A stretch of 64,000 bases of DNA from an uncultured delta proteobacterium (GCA_963787125.1 CAWBBV010000001.1:32001-96000); one strand, 5' to 3'. Positions 1 through 11,780 are shown, counted from the stretch's first letter. Numbers and translations are program-made. Notes: generated by a model not told the origin, from the sequence alone.

Positions 1-10
1 TGAAAGAAGG

Positions 11-1384
11 GTGACAACCAGAACTCTTCAACTGCAGAGCATTAATGAACAGGACAATTACAAGCTCAAAGAGCTGCTCATTCTTAATCGAATAAGTAGT
101 CTCAACCTCTCAAACATCAGGCTTAATCGCCTTACCTGCATCATCCTGACTGCTCTGACCTCAAACGCACCGTTATTTTTCGATAGAGCAATGCTCTTCC
201 TTCTGAATGAAAGAACCCAGATACTCCAGGGGATGCTGGGAGTCATGCGCAAAGATACTCTCTCCGGATCTAGCAACTACGCATCAGATCGAAATTTTCA
301 CAGCCTGGGTGAAGAGGTCATTGCTGAAACGGATTCTCCGCTTAACATGCAACTCCGGACCTGCAGAATTGAGCTAACGAAGGGTCGAGGCATCTTTTAC
401 CGTGTTGTTAACGAGAAGAAAGTCTTCATCTGTAAATCCCTGCAAGGCAACCAGCAGCAACCGCCGGAGATATTTCAGCAGCTGGATATCGGCTTGGCTG
501 CCGTTATGCCGCTGATGGGGAAGAATGGTATCTTTGGTGTCGTAGTTGTTGACAACCCCCTTTCTTTAAAAAATATCAGTAAAAATGACCTTAAATTCCT
601 GCAACTCTTTTCGAATCATGCCAGTATTGTGATTGAAAATCTCATGTTATACACCTCGCTCGAAGAGGCTCACAGGGAGTTGCAGGAAGCACAGGAACAG
701 CTTGTACATGGTGAGCGCCTTGCCACAATTGGCGAGATGGCTGCAAGTATCGCCCACGAACTCAAAGGCCCCATGGTCGCTATAGGTGGTTTTGCCAGAA
801 GGCTTGCCAAAAAAATTCCACCAGACTCAGCCGAAGCCGGGTATGTCGCAACTATTATTGAGGAAGAACTGCGCCTGGAAGGGATGATTGATGAAGTGCT
901 TTCTTTCTCTAAAAAGACAACTATTTGCTATGAAAAAAGCTCCATTACCGAAATTGTTGAAGGTTCCCTGGCAATTTTAAGCCATATTTTCGAAAAGAAT
1001 TGTGTCACTCTTTTAAAATCGTTCCCCCGGAACGAGATTATGCTTTACGCAGACTGCCAGCAACTGAAACAGGTTTTCATCAATCTTGTCCATAATGCCC
1101 TTGATGTCATGCGGGCCGGTGGAGTGTTACGTGTGGCGATAACCCCGGCCAAAATCGGCAAAGAGCGGGCCGTTGCCGTACGAATTTCCGACACGGGGGG
1201 CGGTATTCCGGAATCTCTCCGCAACAACATCTTTACGCCGTTTTTCACCACTAAAAGCAGCGGCACCGGCCTCGGCCTACCGATTGCGAACAGAATCGTC
1301 GTAAATCATAACGGCAAGTTAAAAGTCAAAAACAATTCGGCAGGAGGGGCGGAGTTTACGGTTTTACTCCCATGCCAGGATTAG
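11..1384 (+). CDS. GAF-domain sensor histidine kinase
   Basis: H-box (IAHELKGPM), N-box ([10 protein letters not shown]), G1 (DTGGGI), F (IFTPFFTTK) and G2 (GTGLGL) motifs; GAF-like N-terminal half; GTG start near window edge is uncertain. Confidence 0.9.
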   Translation: MTTRTLQLQSINEQDNYKLKELLILNRISSLNLSNIRLNRLTCIILTALTSNAPLFFDRAMLFLLNERTQILQGMLGVMRKDTLSGSSNYASDRNFHSLGEEVIAETDSPLNMQLRTCRIELTKGRGIFYRVVNEKKVFICKSLQGNQQQPPEIFQQLDIGLAAVMPLMGKNGIFGVVVVDNPLSLKNISKNDLKFLQLFSNHASIVIENLMLYTSLEEAHRELQEAQEQLVHGERLATIGEMAASIAHELKGPMVAIGGFARRLAKKIPPDSAEAGYVATIIEEELRLEGMIDEVLSFSKKTTICYEKSSITEIVEGSLAILSHIFEKNCVTLLKSFPRNEIMLYADCQQLKQVFINLVHNALDVMRAGGVLRVAITPAKIGKERAVAVRISDTGGGIPESLRNNIFTPFFTTKSSGTGLGLPIANRIVVNHNGKLKVKNNSAGGAEFTVLLPCQD

Positions 1385-1417
1385 CCCGCGAATGAATTGA
1401 GGATATTTTGATCCCGC

Positions 1418-2782
1418 TCACACCCCGCCGCTATGCAGATCCCGCTTATGATACCGCCAGCCAAAGGCCGCCGCACGGACCCACCAGTCGATAACAAACA
1501 CTCCCCAGACTGCATACAATGACATCTGGAGCAGGTCCGCGACCATCCACGCCAGCAGCACTCTCACCCCCCACATAGTCAAAAGAGTAGTGAGAAAAAC
1601 GTAGAAAGTATCGCCGGTGCCACGCAGGCTCCCGGCGTAGACAAAAGAGAGCGCCAGGGGTATCTGGGCCAGGGCGACCAGTCGTAGGAAAACAGTCCCT
1701 TCCCTGATAACGTCGAGGTCAGGGGTAAAAAGGGCCAGCAGCGGTGCCGGAATGAGCACGAAAACAGCTGCCATCCCCCCCATAACGAGCAGCGCCAGCC
1801 GCATCGCTTCACTATGCCCCGCCCTTGCCTGCCGGTATTTGCGGGCGCCTAGTGACTGCCCCATGAGGGTTGCCGCCGCTATTCCCATCCCGGCGCCCGG
1901 CATGAAAGAGAGCGATTCAATGGAGAGGCCGACCTGATGAGCGGCGTAAGCAACTGTGCCGTAACCGAGAATTATTTTTGAATAGATAATCTGGCCGGAT
2001 TGCTGCGCCACTCTTTCAAGGGCAACCGGATAACCGACTCGCCAGATTCGCCGCCAGAGAAGATAATCAGGTTTGCCGAATTTTATTGTCCGAAGCTGCA
2101 GTGTGCGCAAAAGCAGATAGAAAAACCCGATTGCTTCTGAGATGTTGATTGCATAAGCAGCACCGATAACGCCAAGACGGGGAAAGCCGAGTTTGCCGTA
2201 GATCAGCGGCCAGGCAATGACTATATGGAGGATATTGACGAGGATGATTGCGGTCATCGGGGCTTTCGTTTCGCCTCTGCCGTGCATGATCGCTGAGAGA
2301 ATATTCAGGCCGGCGGTAAAGCCGAAATAGAGAAAAACGAGCCTGATGTACTGGTCGGCGTAAGTCATCACATCGCCGCCGGCGCCGAGGTAGTGGACGA
2401 CACTGCTGCCAAAGCCTGTGCCGCAGAGGGTTGCGAAATAAATCATGCCTGCACAGGCAATGACCGCCACAAAAGCTGCCTTGCGGGTGTCCTCTACCCT
2501 GCCTGCCCCCCATAAATGGGCGATAACAACGGTTGTACCGGTTGCCAGCCCCCAGAATACGGTCATTGCCACGAAGATGAGGAACTGACCCAGACCGACC
2601 GCGGCAATGGCCGCGGCGCCCAGACCGCCAACCATAAAAATATCAACTATGGAGACCAGCCGCTGGAACAGAGCTGATAATAGCACCGGCAGGGAGAGGT
2701 TGACCACCCGGCGACGGATGGAAACCCGCTTCGCCGGATTATCAAGGAGGGCATGCTGTAGGGTTGTAAATATATTTTTCAA
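1418..2782 (-). CDS. MATE family efflux transporter
   Basis: ~12 hydrophobic segments; VDIFMVGGLG..AIAAVG, GRGETKAPM, GSLRGTGDT MATE signatures. Confidence 0.92.
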   Translation of the reverse strand: MKNIFTTLQHALLDNPAKRVSIRRRVVNLSLPVLLSALFQRLVSIVDIFMVGGLGAAAIAAVGLGQFLIFVAMTVFWGLATGTTVVIAHLWGAGRVEDTRKAAFVAVIACAGMIYFATLCGTGFGSSVVHYLGAGGDVMTYADQYIRLVFLYFGFTAGLNILSAIMHGRGETKAPMTAIILVNILHIVIAWPLIYGKLGFPRLGVIGAAYAINISEAIGFFYLLLRTLQLRTIKFGKPDYLLWRRIWRVGYPVALERVAQQSGQIIYSKIILGYGTVAYAAHQVGLSIESLSFMPGAGMGIAAATLMGQSLGARKYRQARAGHSEAMRLALLVMGGMAAVFVLIPAPLLALFTPDLDVIREGTVFLRLVALAQIPLALSFVYAGSLRGTGDTFYVFLTTLLTMWGVRVLLAWMVADLLQMSLYAVWGVFVIDWWVRAAAFGWRYHKRDLHSGGV

Positions 2783-2810
2783 GGGGTACGGCTACTTTCT
2801 TACGTGGCAG

Positions 2811-3062
2811 TTAAATTCCAAGCTCTTCCGACATGCCCAATACAAAGTTTTTCGCCCGGCCTGATGGGGCGATAATCCCATAGGCAAGCGCCTCTTTCAG
2901 CTCTGCTTCAGTTGCACCGGCCTCCTTCGCGCCCGCGAAGTGCTTCTTCAGTCAGGCAGGGCAGCCGACTGCCACCGCGCAGCCGACCCTGATAAGCTCT
3001 CTCGTCCGGGCGTCCAGAACCTCTTCGTACTCGAAATCAAGAATCTTCTTGCGGATTTTCAT
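2811..3062 (-). CDS. AhpD/carboxymuconolactone-decarboxylase-like selenoprotein (CxxU), 83 aa, in-frame UGA at 2952-2954
   Basis: Manual translation MKIRKKILDFEYEEVLDARTRELIRVGCAVAVGCPA-U-LKKHFAGAKEAGATEAELKEALAYGIIAPSGRAKNFVLGMSEELGI*; CMD-like pattern continues past the TGA; G-rich RBS (GGGGAG) upstream; hairpin 11 nt after UGA. Confidence 0.85.
2925..2940 (-). promoter_or_regulatory. Putative bacterial SECIS hairpin
   Basis: Minus strand reads TGA-CTGAAGAAGCA (11 nt)-CTTCGC-GGGC-GCGAAG: perfect 6-bp stem with G-containing apical loop. Confidence 0.75.
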
Positions 3063-3192
3063 GACTCCCCCTTTTAAGCGTGAAAAGTTGACAGCTTTTG
3101 TGCAATCTACTACAGGCGTGTGTGAAATGGAATGTTTTAGGCTCATGACAAACGGCAGGGGTGCATGCTATATATAATCCCGGAGAGCTACC

Positions 3193-3678
3193 ATGAAAGA
3201 TGACAACTATTGGATGGGGCGAGCCCTGCGCCTGGCTCGCAGGGCAGAAGCGCTTGGTGAGGTACCGATAGGGGCGCTGCTTGTTAAAGATAACACGGTC
3301 ATCGGCAAAGGCTTCAATCAGCGAGAGGGTAAAAATGACCCCTCTGCCCATGCAGAAATGATCGCCATCCGCCAGGCGTCACGCAAGCTTAAAGCCTGGC
3401 GGCTCACCGGCACGACTCTCTATGTAACCCTTGAGCCCTGTCCCATGTGCATGGGCGCACTGCTTCTTGCCAGAGTTGAGCGGGTGGTCTTCGGCTGCCT
3501 TGACCCCAAAGGTGGCGCTGCCGGCTCGCTGTACAATCTGGCCGCGGACAACCGTTTCAACCATCGGGTTGAGCTCACAACCGGGGTCAGAGAGGCCGAG
3601 TGCTCCGCAATACTGACCCTGTTTTTCCGGAATTTACGCCGGGAGAAAAAACTGTTGCGTGAGTCAACTCCAGGCTAA
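3193..3678 (+). CDS. tadA: tRNA adenosine(34) deaminase
   Basis: GEVPIGA, HAEMIAIR and TLEPCPMC zinc motifs; DPKGGAAGS. Confidence 0.95.
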   Translation: MKDDNYWMGRALRLARRAEALGEVPIGALLVKDNTVIGKGFNQREGKNDPSAHAEMIAIRQASRKLKAWRLTGTTLYVTLEPCPMCMGALLLARVERVVFGCLDPKGGAAGSLYNLAADNRFNHRVELTTGVREAECSAILTLFFRNLRREKKLLRESTPG

Positions 3679-3704
3679 AACAACATTTATCTTATCCTCC
3701 GCTC

Positions 3705-4136
3705 CTACCCCCGCCGGTAAGCGGCCATCGGCCAGAAGGGGATGCCGCCGCGGGGGGTGAATTCACCCTTGACAGTCATGCTGACAGGCTTGAGAAGCCT
3801 GACCAGATCGTTACAGATCCGGTTCACTCCGGCCTCGTGAAACTCACCGAACATCCGGAACGATCCCAGGTAAAGTTTGAGACTCTTGCTTTCGACACAG
3901 AGTTCATCAGGTTGATAATCGATGATGATTGTGCCGAAATCCGGCTGTCCAGTCATCGGGCAGAGGCAGGTGAATTCAGGGCATTCGATATGGATTGTGC
4001 CGACAGCCCCGCAGGGGTTGCGCTCCGGCATGGCAAACGGGCTGGGGAATGCTTCCAGGAGCGCGGCATCCGGCTTGTCGTATGAGTAGCAGGTCTTTTT
4101 CTCACCCAAAGACTTAAGGTTTTCGTGCAATTCCAT
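3705..4136 (-). CDS. queF: NADPH-dependent preQ0 reductase (short type)
   Basis: PEFTCLCPMTGQPDF, ESKSLKLYL, FHE, RGGI motifs. Confidence 0.95.
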   Translation of the reverse strand: MELHENLKSLGEKKTCYSYDKPDAALLEAFPSPFAMPERNPCGAVGTIHIECPEFTCLCPMTGQPDFGTIIIDYQPDELCVESKSLKLYLGSFRMFGEFHEAGVNRICNDLVRLLKPVSMTVKGEFTPRGGIPFWPMAAYRRG

Positions 4137-4160
4137 CTCCTCTCCTTTTCCAGCAGTAAA

Positions 4161-4355
4161 TCAATGGCTGTTGAGCCGTTCAAGCATACTCTCGTAATCT
4201 GCCAGCTTTTGCGCCAGTTTACCTAGTTCTGCCGGTGTATAAACAGGCGCACCTTTTGCCAGTTCGCATTTGAGCTCAGTAATAATATCGTGAATATCGG
4301 GTTGCCAGGCAGCAGAGCGCTCCTGACCAAGCAGGCGCAGGTTTTTACCGGTCAT
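4161..4355 (-). CDS. Small hypothetical protein (64 aa)
   Basis: ATG at 4355 overlaps the glnE end; ORF fills the gap to queF; helical composition. Confidence 0.55.
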   Translation of the reverse strand: MTGKNLRLLGQERSAAWQPDIHDIITELKCELAKGAPVYTPAELGKLAQKLADYESMLERLNSH

Positions 4356-7300
4356 CTGCTGCGTTTCCCAGAATTCGCTCATAGACCCCGCGGATCCCTT
4401 CGGTAATCTCTTCATACTCCTTCATCAGAGTTTCACCAGGGTGGCGGAGCTTTGGGTCGTAGCCGAGGCGCCTCGCCAGCATATCAAGGAGCTCTTTAGC
4501 ACCACCAAGATCGTTGATTGAATTGTCATGAACAATCCTGAGCCTGTTTTCCAGCCTGCGGAGGAACTTGTAGCCGGTCAGAAGAGTATCGCAGTCGTTT
4601 TCGCCCATTATTCCGGCAGTCTGGATCGATTTGAGTGCTGTCAGGGTATTTTTGCTCCTGATCTCCGGCATGGAATGGCCATGCTTCAGCAGCAGATACT
4701 GGACAATGAATTCGACATCCACCATCCCGCCGCGACCGGTTTTTATATTGTAACTGCCGGCGCTTTCCCGGGCAATCTCGTTCTCCATTCTCATTCTGAG
4801 ACGATGGATTTCTGATTTGACGGCGTCATCAGCACTGAAACCGTAGACCGTGTGGCGGATAATCTCCTCAATGCCTTCTTTCAGAGTGTCTCCCCCCAGC
4901 ACGACTCTTGACTTTGTCAGCGCCTGCCTTTCCCAGACCTGGGCTTCGTCCCGGTGATAAGCTTTGAAAGAATCAAGGGAGGTCACCAGCGGACCGGCAT
5001 TGCCCGATGGCCGCAGCCGGGTGTCGAGCTTGTAGACGTAACCTTCACGGGTCTGGGTGGTCAGTATCATGATAATCTTCTGCCCTAGCTTGGCAAAGTA
5101 TTCATGATTGCTTATCTGTTTAACGCCATCGGTAAATCCCTTGTGGTCGTAGATGTAGATGATGTCCAGGTCAGAATGATAATTGAGCTCCATCCCCCCC
5201 ATTTTTCCCATGCCGATAACAGCAAAATCAGCTTCGTGCTCATTTCCGGCGGAATCCACGTAAAGCGGCCGACCGAATCTGGACAGCTCCTGCCTGGCAA
5301 TCGCACAGGCAGCATTCAGACAGGCAGTTGCCAGAGTCGTCAGCTGTGTGGCAATTTCTGTCTGGCCGAGCTTGCCATAAATATCATTCATCCCGATGCG
5401 GAGGAACTCTTCATGGCGATAGCGGCGCAGCACATCAAGCCGCTCCTCGAAATTGCCGGCCAGGTGCAGCATCAGGCCAAGCTCCTCCGCCATCACCTTA
5501 TACTCTTTGTAGGAAGAGGCGAGGGTTCTGGCTACCATGCTGTCAAGCAGCTCCGGATGGCCGATGAAGATTTTTGAGAGGAATTCCGACATGCCGAATA
5601 GCGAAACGATCAGCTTCAACACTTCGCGATTTTCGGCCAGAAGAGCATAAAAGGTTGAGCGGGAACCAACCGCGCAGAGAAACCGTTCCAGGTTGGTCAT
5701 GGCCATGTCAGGATCCGGAGAAGCGAAAATCTCCTGCAACAGAGGCGGGCCGATCTTTTCGAGGATTCTGTAGGCGCGTTCGGTAAGGTGAGCCCGCGGC
5801 GGCCCGTCACGCAGCAGTAGCAGATGCTCGTAAGCGCTGTCAACATTGCAGAAACGCCGCTCCGCCAGCATATCCTTGAGGATGTCCGGGTCGGCATTGC
5901 GGTCAAAGAAGTGATAGATTTCAGGGAGGACATCTTCCTTGAGCTTCTTATCCCTGGAGAGAAACAGGTTGCCATAAATAGAGGAAACATTAACCCTGTG
6001 CTGTTCAAGCTCGGTCCTGAAACGCTCGGCGCCGTCCGGTGAGAGGTAGCCGCACCTTCTGGCCAACGCAAGATACTCTTCGTCTTTTTTCGGCAGATTG
6101 TGGGTCTGGCGCTCCTGAACTACCTGAATCCGGTGTTCGACCGTGCGGAGAAACCGGTAGGCATTTGATAGCAGCTGACAATCTTCTGCACTTATGAGCT
6201 GAGCCTCCTGCAGTATCCGGAGCGATTTGAGTGAGTTTTTTTCACGCAGCTTCGGATTTTTGCCGGCATAAACCAGTTGCAGCGCCTGGATGAAAAATTC
6301 TATCTCGCGGATGCCGCCCCGGCCAAGCTTGATATTGTACTCGCCCTCAAGCTCCCGGGCCAGCGACGCATCAATCTTCTTTTTCATGGCCATCATGTCT
6401 TCGATCAGATTGTAGTCGAGATATTTGCGGTGAATAAACGGGTCGAGCCTTTTCAGCAGATCTTCTCCCAAAGAGATCGAGCCCGCAACAGCCCTGGCTT
6501 TGAGCATGGCTGATCTTTCCCAGGACTGCCCCCAAAGTTCGTAATAGACCTCTGCAGAGCGCAGGGACAGAGCTACATCACCACCCTTGCCTTCCGGTCT
6601 TAACCCCAGGTCAACCCGAAAGACAAAGCCATCCTCGGTAACCTGTGACATCGCCTTGGTGATCATCTCGGCCTGTTTAACAAAAAAAGTGTGCAGCGAG
6701 ATTTTCCCTTTAACACCATTCTCGCCATCAGAAACTCCGCTCGTCTCCCCCAGATCGCCGGTGTAGAAATAAATGAGGTCAATGTCGGAAGAGAAGTTCA
6801 GCTCGCGGCCACCAAATTTGCCCATAGCGAAGATAGTCAAGTCAGCTTCGCTACCGCACTCCGTCAGGCGTGGAATACCGTGCTCAAGAATTAGTGTCTT
6901 GCGGGTGATTTCGCAGGCGACCTGCAGCGCAGCTGCCGCCAGAGCGGATAGTTCGGCGGTAACCTCTTCAAGGGGAGCAAGCCCGCCCAGATCTCGGGCT
7001 GCAATCCGGAGCATTTCGCGGTATTTAAAGCAGCGCAGCTGTTGAAAAAGTTCGGTGAAGCCGATATCAGACGGCAGTTGCGCCCGCAGAGCAGTTATCA
7101 TCCCTGCTTCGCTACGGACAAGATCTATTTCGTTCCCAATAAAAAGATTGGTAAAGGCAGCCGGATCTCGGCAGATAATGTTTGTGAGGAAGGGGGATGA
7201 GCCAAGCAGATTGAGGAGCTGCGCCAACCTCAGCGGTTGATTATAGATCGTATGCAGCTGCTCTGCGGGAACAACGGAAGAGATTCTCTCCAGATTGTTT

Positions 7301-7524
7301 AAGGCCATATCCGGCATGGCTGCATCCATAGCCGCTCTGGTGATTACCGCAACAGTCTCGACGGCAAACTGCTCAGCCAGCAGGCGGATGTTGGTTGCGG
7401 AGCGGGGAGGGTAGGCAAATCCAAGCCCACTCAGGAATTCAATCAAAACCCTTTCATTGTCCCCTTCAAGATCAGGGGTGAGCGCTGCCTGCAAGGCAGC
7501 CTGAATATCCAGCATCGGGTTCAT
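4345..7524 (-). CDS. glnE: Bifunctional glutamine synthetase adenylyltransferase/deadenylase
   Basis: Two nucleotidyltransferase repeats ([34 protein letters not shown]), [22 protein letters not shown]. Confidence 0.97.
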   Translation of the reverse strand: MNPMLDIQAALQAALTPDLEGDNERVLIEFLSGLGFAYPPRSATNIRLLAEQFAVETVAVITRAAMDAAMPDMALNNLERISSVVPAEQLHTIYNQPLRLAQLLNLLGSSPFLTNIICRDPAAFTNLFIGNEIDLVRSEAGMITALRAQLPSDIGFTELFQQLRCFKYREMLRIAARDLGGLAPLEEVTAELSALAAAALQVACEITRKTLILEHGIPRLTECGSEADLTIFAMGKFGGRELNFSSDIDLIYFYTGDLGETSGVSDGENGVKGKISLHTFFVKQAEMITKAMSQVTEDGFVFRVDLGLRPEGKGGDVALSLRSAEVYYELWGQSWERSAMLKARAVAGSISLGEDLLKRLDPFIHRKYLDYNLIEDMMAMKKKIDASLARELEGEYNIKLGRGGIREIEFFIQALQLVYAGKNPKLREKNSLKSLRILQEAQLISAEDCQLLSNAYRFLRTVEHRIQVVQERQTHNLPKKDEEYLALARRCGYLSPDGAERFRTELEQHRVNVSSIYGNLFLSRDKKLKEDVLPEIYHFFDRNADPDILKDMLAERRFCNVDSAYEHLLLLRDGPPRAHLTERAYRILEKIGPPLLQEIFASPDPDMAMTNLERFLCAVGSRSTFYALLAENREVLKLIVSLFGMSEFLSKIFIGHPELLDSMVARTLASSYKEYKVMAEELGLMLHLAGNFEERLDVLRRYRHEEFLRIGMNDIYGKLGQTEIATQLTTLATACLNAACAIARQELSRFGRPLYVDSAGNEHEADFAVIGMGKMGGMELNYHSDLDIIYIYDHKGFTDGVKQISNHEYFAKLGQKIIMILTTQTREGYVYKLDTRLRPSGNAGPLVTSLDSFKAYHRDEAQVWERQALTKSRVVLGGDTLKEGIEEIIRHTVYGFSADDAVKSEIHRLRMRMENEIARESAGSYNIKTGRGGMVDVEFIVQYLLLKHGHSMPEIRSKNTLTALKSIQTAGIMGENDCDTLLTGYKFLRRLENRLRIVHDNSINDLGGAKELLDMLARRLGYDPKLRHPGETLMKEYEEITEGIRGVYERILGNAADDR

Positions 7525-8561
7525 TCCCCGGTCAGGGCTTTAAGCCCTGCCTGGTAATCGCCGCGGACGACGCCTCTTTCGGTAATAATTCCGGTAATGT
7601 AGCGTGCCGGGGTCACATCAAAAGCTGGGTTGCGGACAACCACCCCTTCAGGGGCTATCCGAACCCCGCGCAGGTGAGTCACCTCGGAGGAGTGGCGCTC
7701 CTCAATTGGTATCTCATCACCACTCTGCAGGGTCAGATCGAGGGTCGAGAGCGGCGCTGCCACATAGAACGGGATCCGGTTCTCTTTGGCCAGCACCGCC
7801 ACGCTGTAAGTGCCGATTTTGTTGGCTGTGTCGCCATTGGCAGCAATTCTGTCCGCACCGACAACAACACAGCTTATCTCACCTTTCTGCATGAAATAGC
7901 CGGCCATGTTGTCAGCAATGAGTGTTACCGGGATATTGTCTTTCATCAGTTCCCAGGCGGTCAGCCGGGCCCCCTGCAGCCACGGGCGGGTCTCATCGGC
8001 AAAGACCCTGATATTCTTCCCGGCTTCATGGGCGGCGCGAATGACACCGAGTGCCGTACCGTACCCGGCAGTGGCCAGCCCACCGGCATTACAGTGGGTT
8101 AAAATTGTTGTCCCCTCCCGGATCAGCGTCGCGCCATGCCTGCCGATAGCCCGGCAGATCTGCAGATCCTCCTGTTCAATGCTGACAGCCTCGGCTTTTA
8201 AAAGCACGCGAATTGAGTTGATATCTTTATCTTTGTTGGCCGCGGCGACCCGTTTCATCCTTTCAATCCCCCAGAAAAGGTTAACCGCAGTAGGTCTGGT
8301 TTTGGCCAGAACGTCGCAGACATTATCAAGTTGGCGGAAAAATGATTCATGGGTGTCGGCAATGATGTCGCGTGCCCCGAGTGCAACCCCCATTGCCGCT
8401 GCAACGCCTATCGCCGGCGCTCCGCGGATTATCATCCCCTTTATTGCTTCCGCAACACCCTGGAAATCATCATACTCGTTATAGATCTCTTCAGTCGGCA
8501 GCCTGGTCTGATCAATCATGATTACTTTGTCGTTACGCCACTCGATTGTTCTGAAAGACAT
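7521..8561 (-). CDS. mtnA: Methylthioribose-1-phosphate isomerase
   Basis: [44 protein letters not shown]; start moved to ATG 8561. Confidence 0.96.
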   Translation of the reverse strand: MSFRTIEWRNDKVIMIDQTRLPTEEIYNEYDDFQGVAEAIKGMIIRGAPAIGVAAAMGVALGARDIIADTHESFFRQLDNVCDVLAKTRPTAVNLFWGIERMKRVAAANKDKDINSIRVLLKAEAVSIEQEDLQICRAIGRHGATLIREGTTILTHCNAGGLATAGYGTALGVIRAAHEAGKNIRVFADETRPWLQGARLTAWELMKDNIPVTLIADNMAGYFMQKGEISCVVVGADRIAANGDTANKIGTYSVAVLAKENRIPFYVAAPLSTLDLTLQSGDEIPIEERHSSEVTHLRGVRIAPEGVVVRNPAFDVTPARYITGIITERGVVRGDYQAGLKALTGE

Positions 8562-8799
8562 GTTGGAGTCCTTTAGTAAGTTAGAAGTATTTTCTCCGGT
8601 TTCAGGCAAAAAAATTACTACGTTAAGGCACTTATCCTGTTTATCAGGCTACCGTAAAGTTGATGTCTGCTCCGCAGGTGCAAAGTAGTGAATAGTAGCA
8701 AAAAGAGGCGGGTTAGTGAAACCTGTTTTTTTAAAGCAGATTTTAAGGGCTGAAAACGAATGGCGTTCAGGGAGATAGATTCAATGCAGAGCAGACAGA

Positions 8800-10038
8800 T
8801 CAGGCAGTCAATTTCTCACAGCAATTTCTGTTGTCGGCAGTCACACCATGGTTCATGTTGCTACTGAAGGCAAAAGCCCCGACCAGACAGACAATGCCGG
8901 CCAAAAACAGGGTTTGCGGTGTTCCGAGTCCGGTGGAAAGCGCCCCGGCCAGATAGCTCCCCAGCGGTGCAGCACCAGTAAAAATCATGGAATAACAACT
9001 CATCATTCTCCCCCGTTTGCTATCTTCGCTGACGGACTGCACATATGAAACAGAGGCCGCCATCAGAACCATCATACAGGTGCCAATGACAGAGACTCCA
9101 ACCATTGCCTGGAGCAGATTTTCTGAAAATGACAGCACGATAATGCTTAGTCCCAGCAAGGCAGTTGCCGCTGCAAGCAGTTTATGCAGCCCTTCATTGC
9201 TTCTCCTTGACCCGAAATAAAAAGTTCCGCCCAGAGCACCAGCTCCCGATGCAGTCAGCAACAGTGCATAGGTGCCGGCCCCCCCCTGCAGTAAATCCCT
9301 GGCGATCACCGGCATCAGGATCGTACAGGGCCAACCGGCCAAACAGATCAAACCATAAAGTAAAAGAACGTTTTTAAGAGGTTTATAGCTCAGAGCGTAT
9401 TTTAGCCCCTCCTTCATTTCCAGGAAAAACCCGTTGTTTTCGGGTTTATTGGTCACAGGCAAGTTTTTCATCATTAGCAATGCCAGGATGACGGCAAGAT
9501 AACTCGCACCGTTGCACAGAAAGCAGAGCCCTTCTCCACTGCGGGTCATGATAATCCCTGCAAGGGAAGGGCCGATCAATCTTGCGCCGTTGACAATTGT
9601 GGAGTTAACCGCCACAGCACTGCAATAGTCATTTTTGTCATCGATAAGTTCAATCAGGAAAGCCTGCCGAGCGGGCACCTCGAATGCGTTGATCAAGCCG
9701 AGAGCACTGTTGAGGAGGATGATTATCCCTACCGTAAGGACCCCTGAATAGTTGCAACAGGCAAGCAGGAGCGCCTGCAAAAGGCAGAGGAACTGTGCGG
9801 CCAGCACGGTGTGATAGCGATTCCAGCGATCAATAAGCACGCCTGCCACAGGAGCAAGCAGCAGCGATGGGGCAAAACCGGAAAGCGCCACCAGTCCGAG
9901 CATTAAGGCTGAACCACTCTGCTGATAAACGATCCAGGGGAGGGCAATCCTCTGCATCCAGGTACCGATGAGAGAAATCCCCTGGCCGATAAAAAACAGC
10001 CTGAAGTTCTTGCCGCCGAGAGTACGAAAAATTCCCAT
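8800..10038 (-). CDS. MFS transporter (MFS_3-like)
   Basis: NFRLFFIGQGISLIGTWMQ N-terminus, AGVLIDRWNR loop, ~12 TM; ATG 10038 just after hydratase stop. Confidence 0.9.
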   Translation of the reverse strand: MGIFRTLGGKNFRLFFIGQGISLIGTWMQRIALPWIVYQQSGSALMLGLVALSGFAPSLLLAPVAGVLIDRWNRYHTVLAAQFLCLLQALLLACCNYSGVLTVGIIILLNSALGLINAFEVPARQAFLIELIDDKNDYCSAVAVNSTIVNGARLIGPSLAGIIMTRSGEGLCFLCNGASYLAVILALLMMKNLPVTNKPENNGFFLEMKEGLKYALSYKPLKNVLLLYGLICLAGWPCTILMPVIARDLLQGGAGTYALLLTASGAGALGGTFYFGSRRSNEGLHKLLAAATALLGLSIIVLSFSENLLQAMVGVSVIGTCMMVLMAASVSYVQSVSEDSKRGRMMSCYSMIFTGAAPLGSYLAGALSTGLGTPQTLFLAGIVCLVGAFAFSSNMNHGVTADNRNCCEKLTA

Positions 10039-10043
10039 GATCT

Positions 10044-11780
10044 TTACATCCTTGACAAAACCTTGATCCAGTTCCACGGATTATGGAGTCCGGTATAGTT
10101 GGGAGTGACCTCCTTGTCAACGTTAAGCAGCTTATAAACGCCTATCTGTGCCGACTTGCATGAATAGGAAACCATAAACACCGACTCATCCGGAATTTCG
10201 GTGTACTCACCCAAAAATGCAAGATTTGTGGAACCTTCAGGGACAACCGGGGGTCTGTCCCCCGTGTTCCGGGGAAGGAACATGCTGGTGACGTAGGGGA
10301 GCATGTAGGGAACGCTGGTAGTTGTTTTCAATATTTCCGGCAATTCTTTCATGAAGCCGAATTGGTAACTCATTTCAGTCAATAACTCTTCGCCGTTGCA
10401 TTCACTCATTTTCTTCTTTACATAATCCCCTTCCCTGTCCACGTAGAGGCCATAGGCCATAAATATGGTCGTGTCTTCATCCTGATTTTTCACGAACGGC
10501 TGCCAGGGGAGATGAATAATCAGATTCCAGGGCGATTCGGTAAATATCACCATATGTTGTTCGCCGAATTTCTTGTTCTTGGTGAACTTCATGATTAAAT
10601 TCTCCAGCAGTTTTCCTCTGCTGGTCAGGTTGAATACCACGAATTTAGACTGGTCAATTTTGCTGGTGAAGTTCCCCGGATTACCAAGATCCGGCTGTTT
10701 TTTCAGGATGTTCTCCCACAGTGTCCAGGCACCATCAACCTTGGTTCTTACAGTCTCCGGAGCCTTTTCCATGGTCCCTTCCCTTGAATCGGCTGTCTTT
10801 GAGCCGATGGTGACAAAGGCAAAATCACCTTGCTTAACCGTAATCTCTTCATTTTTCCCATTCCGGATAAAATGGATCTTCTCAACCGTCTTTTCCTTGC
10901 CACCAGGCTTGAAATCGATATCCGTCACTTTGCAACCCATGTGAAAATTGACCCCCTGGTTGCCAAGCCATTTCAAGGTCGGAACTACTACCGATTCATA
11001 GGTGTTATAGGTTGTATTCCAGCCGGACTTTTCAAGGTCGGCAATGGTATCCAGATCAAAAAAATAGTTACGGAGATAGCGCCGCATTTCACTGAGGCTG
11101 TGCCAGGTATCAAAGCCGAAGATGGAAGCGAACATATGCCAGAATTTGGTTTTGAAAAATGAGGGCTGAAAGTATTCATCAATCCTTTTTCCCTGAAAAT
11201 TCTCCTCGGAGGTCAATACCAGCTTGAGAAAATCGTAGCGGTCCGCAAAGCTCAAGCGGAAGTCAGTGTGATCGATAATCAGTTGCTCTTTGCCGACCAG
11301 TCTTGTTATGGAATTAAGCTTATGGGCCGCACTAAATTCGGACATTTCATCATAAAGGTTCTTTTTGGGCTTAAAGTTATTGTACTCCTCACTGGTTTTT
11401 ACCAGTTTTTCCAGTTCGACCTGATCGTCAAGGGAGGGGATCCTGGCGAGAAAATCAAAGTAAGCCTGATGGGCAATATGATTGACAAGCCGGGCGCCAC
11501 GGGCCGCATAAGGCTTTTTCTGAGTGCCGCCCTTGGAATCCAGCGCTCCCCCCGCGACGCTCAGTTCTTCAAGGATATGGATATTTTTACCCGCAACCTT
11601 GCCGTCCTGGATTGCGTAGACTGCGGCAGAGAGTCCGGCCAGGCCGCCACCGACAATATAGATCTTGCTGTCCGGGGTTACCGGAGGGATTGTGACAGCA
11701 TTGCCACGGCTTACTGGAAGCAGAAAGATGCTCGTCAGTATAAGCGTCAGTGGAAACGTCCTTAATTTAAAGTTATTCAT
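10044..11780 (-). CDS. Oleate hydratase / myosin-cross-reactive antigen family FAD protein with putative signal peptide
   Basis: YIVGGGLAGLSAA Rossmann motif, YNTYES, MPY-like MLPYVTS..PR..GDRP.VVP.GSTNLAFLGEY C-terminal MCRA motifs. Confidence 0.85.
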   Translation of the reverse strand: MNNFKLRTFPLTLILTSIFLLPVSRGNAVTIPPVTPDSKIYIVGGGLAGLSAAVYAIQDGKVAGKNIHILEELSVAGGALDSKGGTQKKPYAARGARLVNHIAHQAYFDFLARIPSLDDQVELEKLVKTSEEYNNFKPKKNLYDEMSEFSAAHKLNSITRLVGKEQLIIDHTDFRLSFADRYDFLKLVLTSEENFQGKRIDEYFQPSFFKTKFWHMFASIFGFDTWHSLSEMRRYLRNYFFDLDTIADLEKSGWNTTYNTYESVVVPTLKWLGNQGVNFHMGCKVTDIDFKPGGKEKTVEKIHFIRNGKNEEITVKQGDFAFVTIGSKTADSREGTMEKAPETVRTKVDGAWTLWENILKKQPDLGNPGNFTSKIDQSKFVVFNLTSRGKLLENLIMKFTKNKKFGEQHMVIFTESPWNLIIHLPWQPFVKNQDEDTTIFMAYGLYVDREGDYVKKKMSECNGEELLTEMSYQFGFMKELPEILKTTTSVPYMLPYVTSMFLPRNTGDRPPVVPEGSTNLAFLGEYTEIPDESVFMVSYSCKSAQIGVYKLLNVDKEVTPNYTGLHNPWNWIKVLSRM

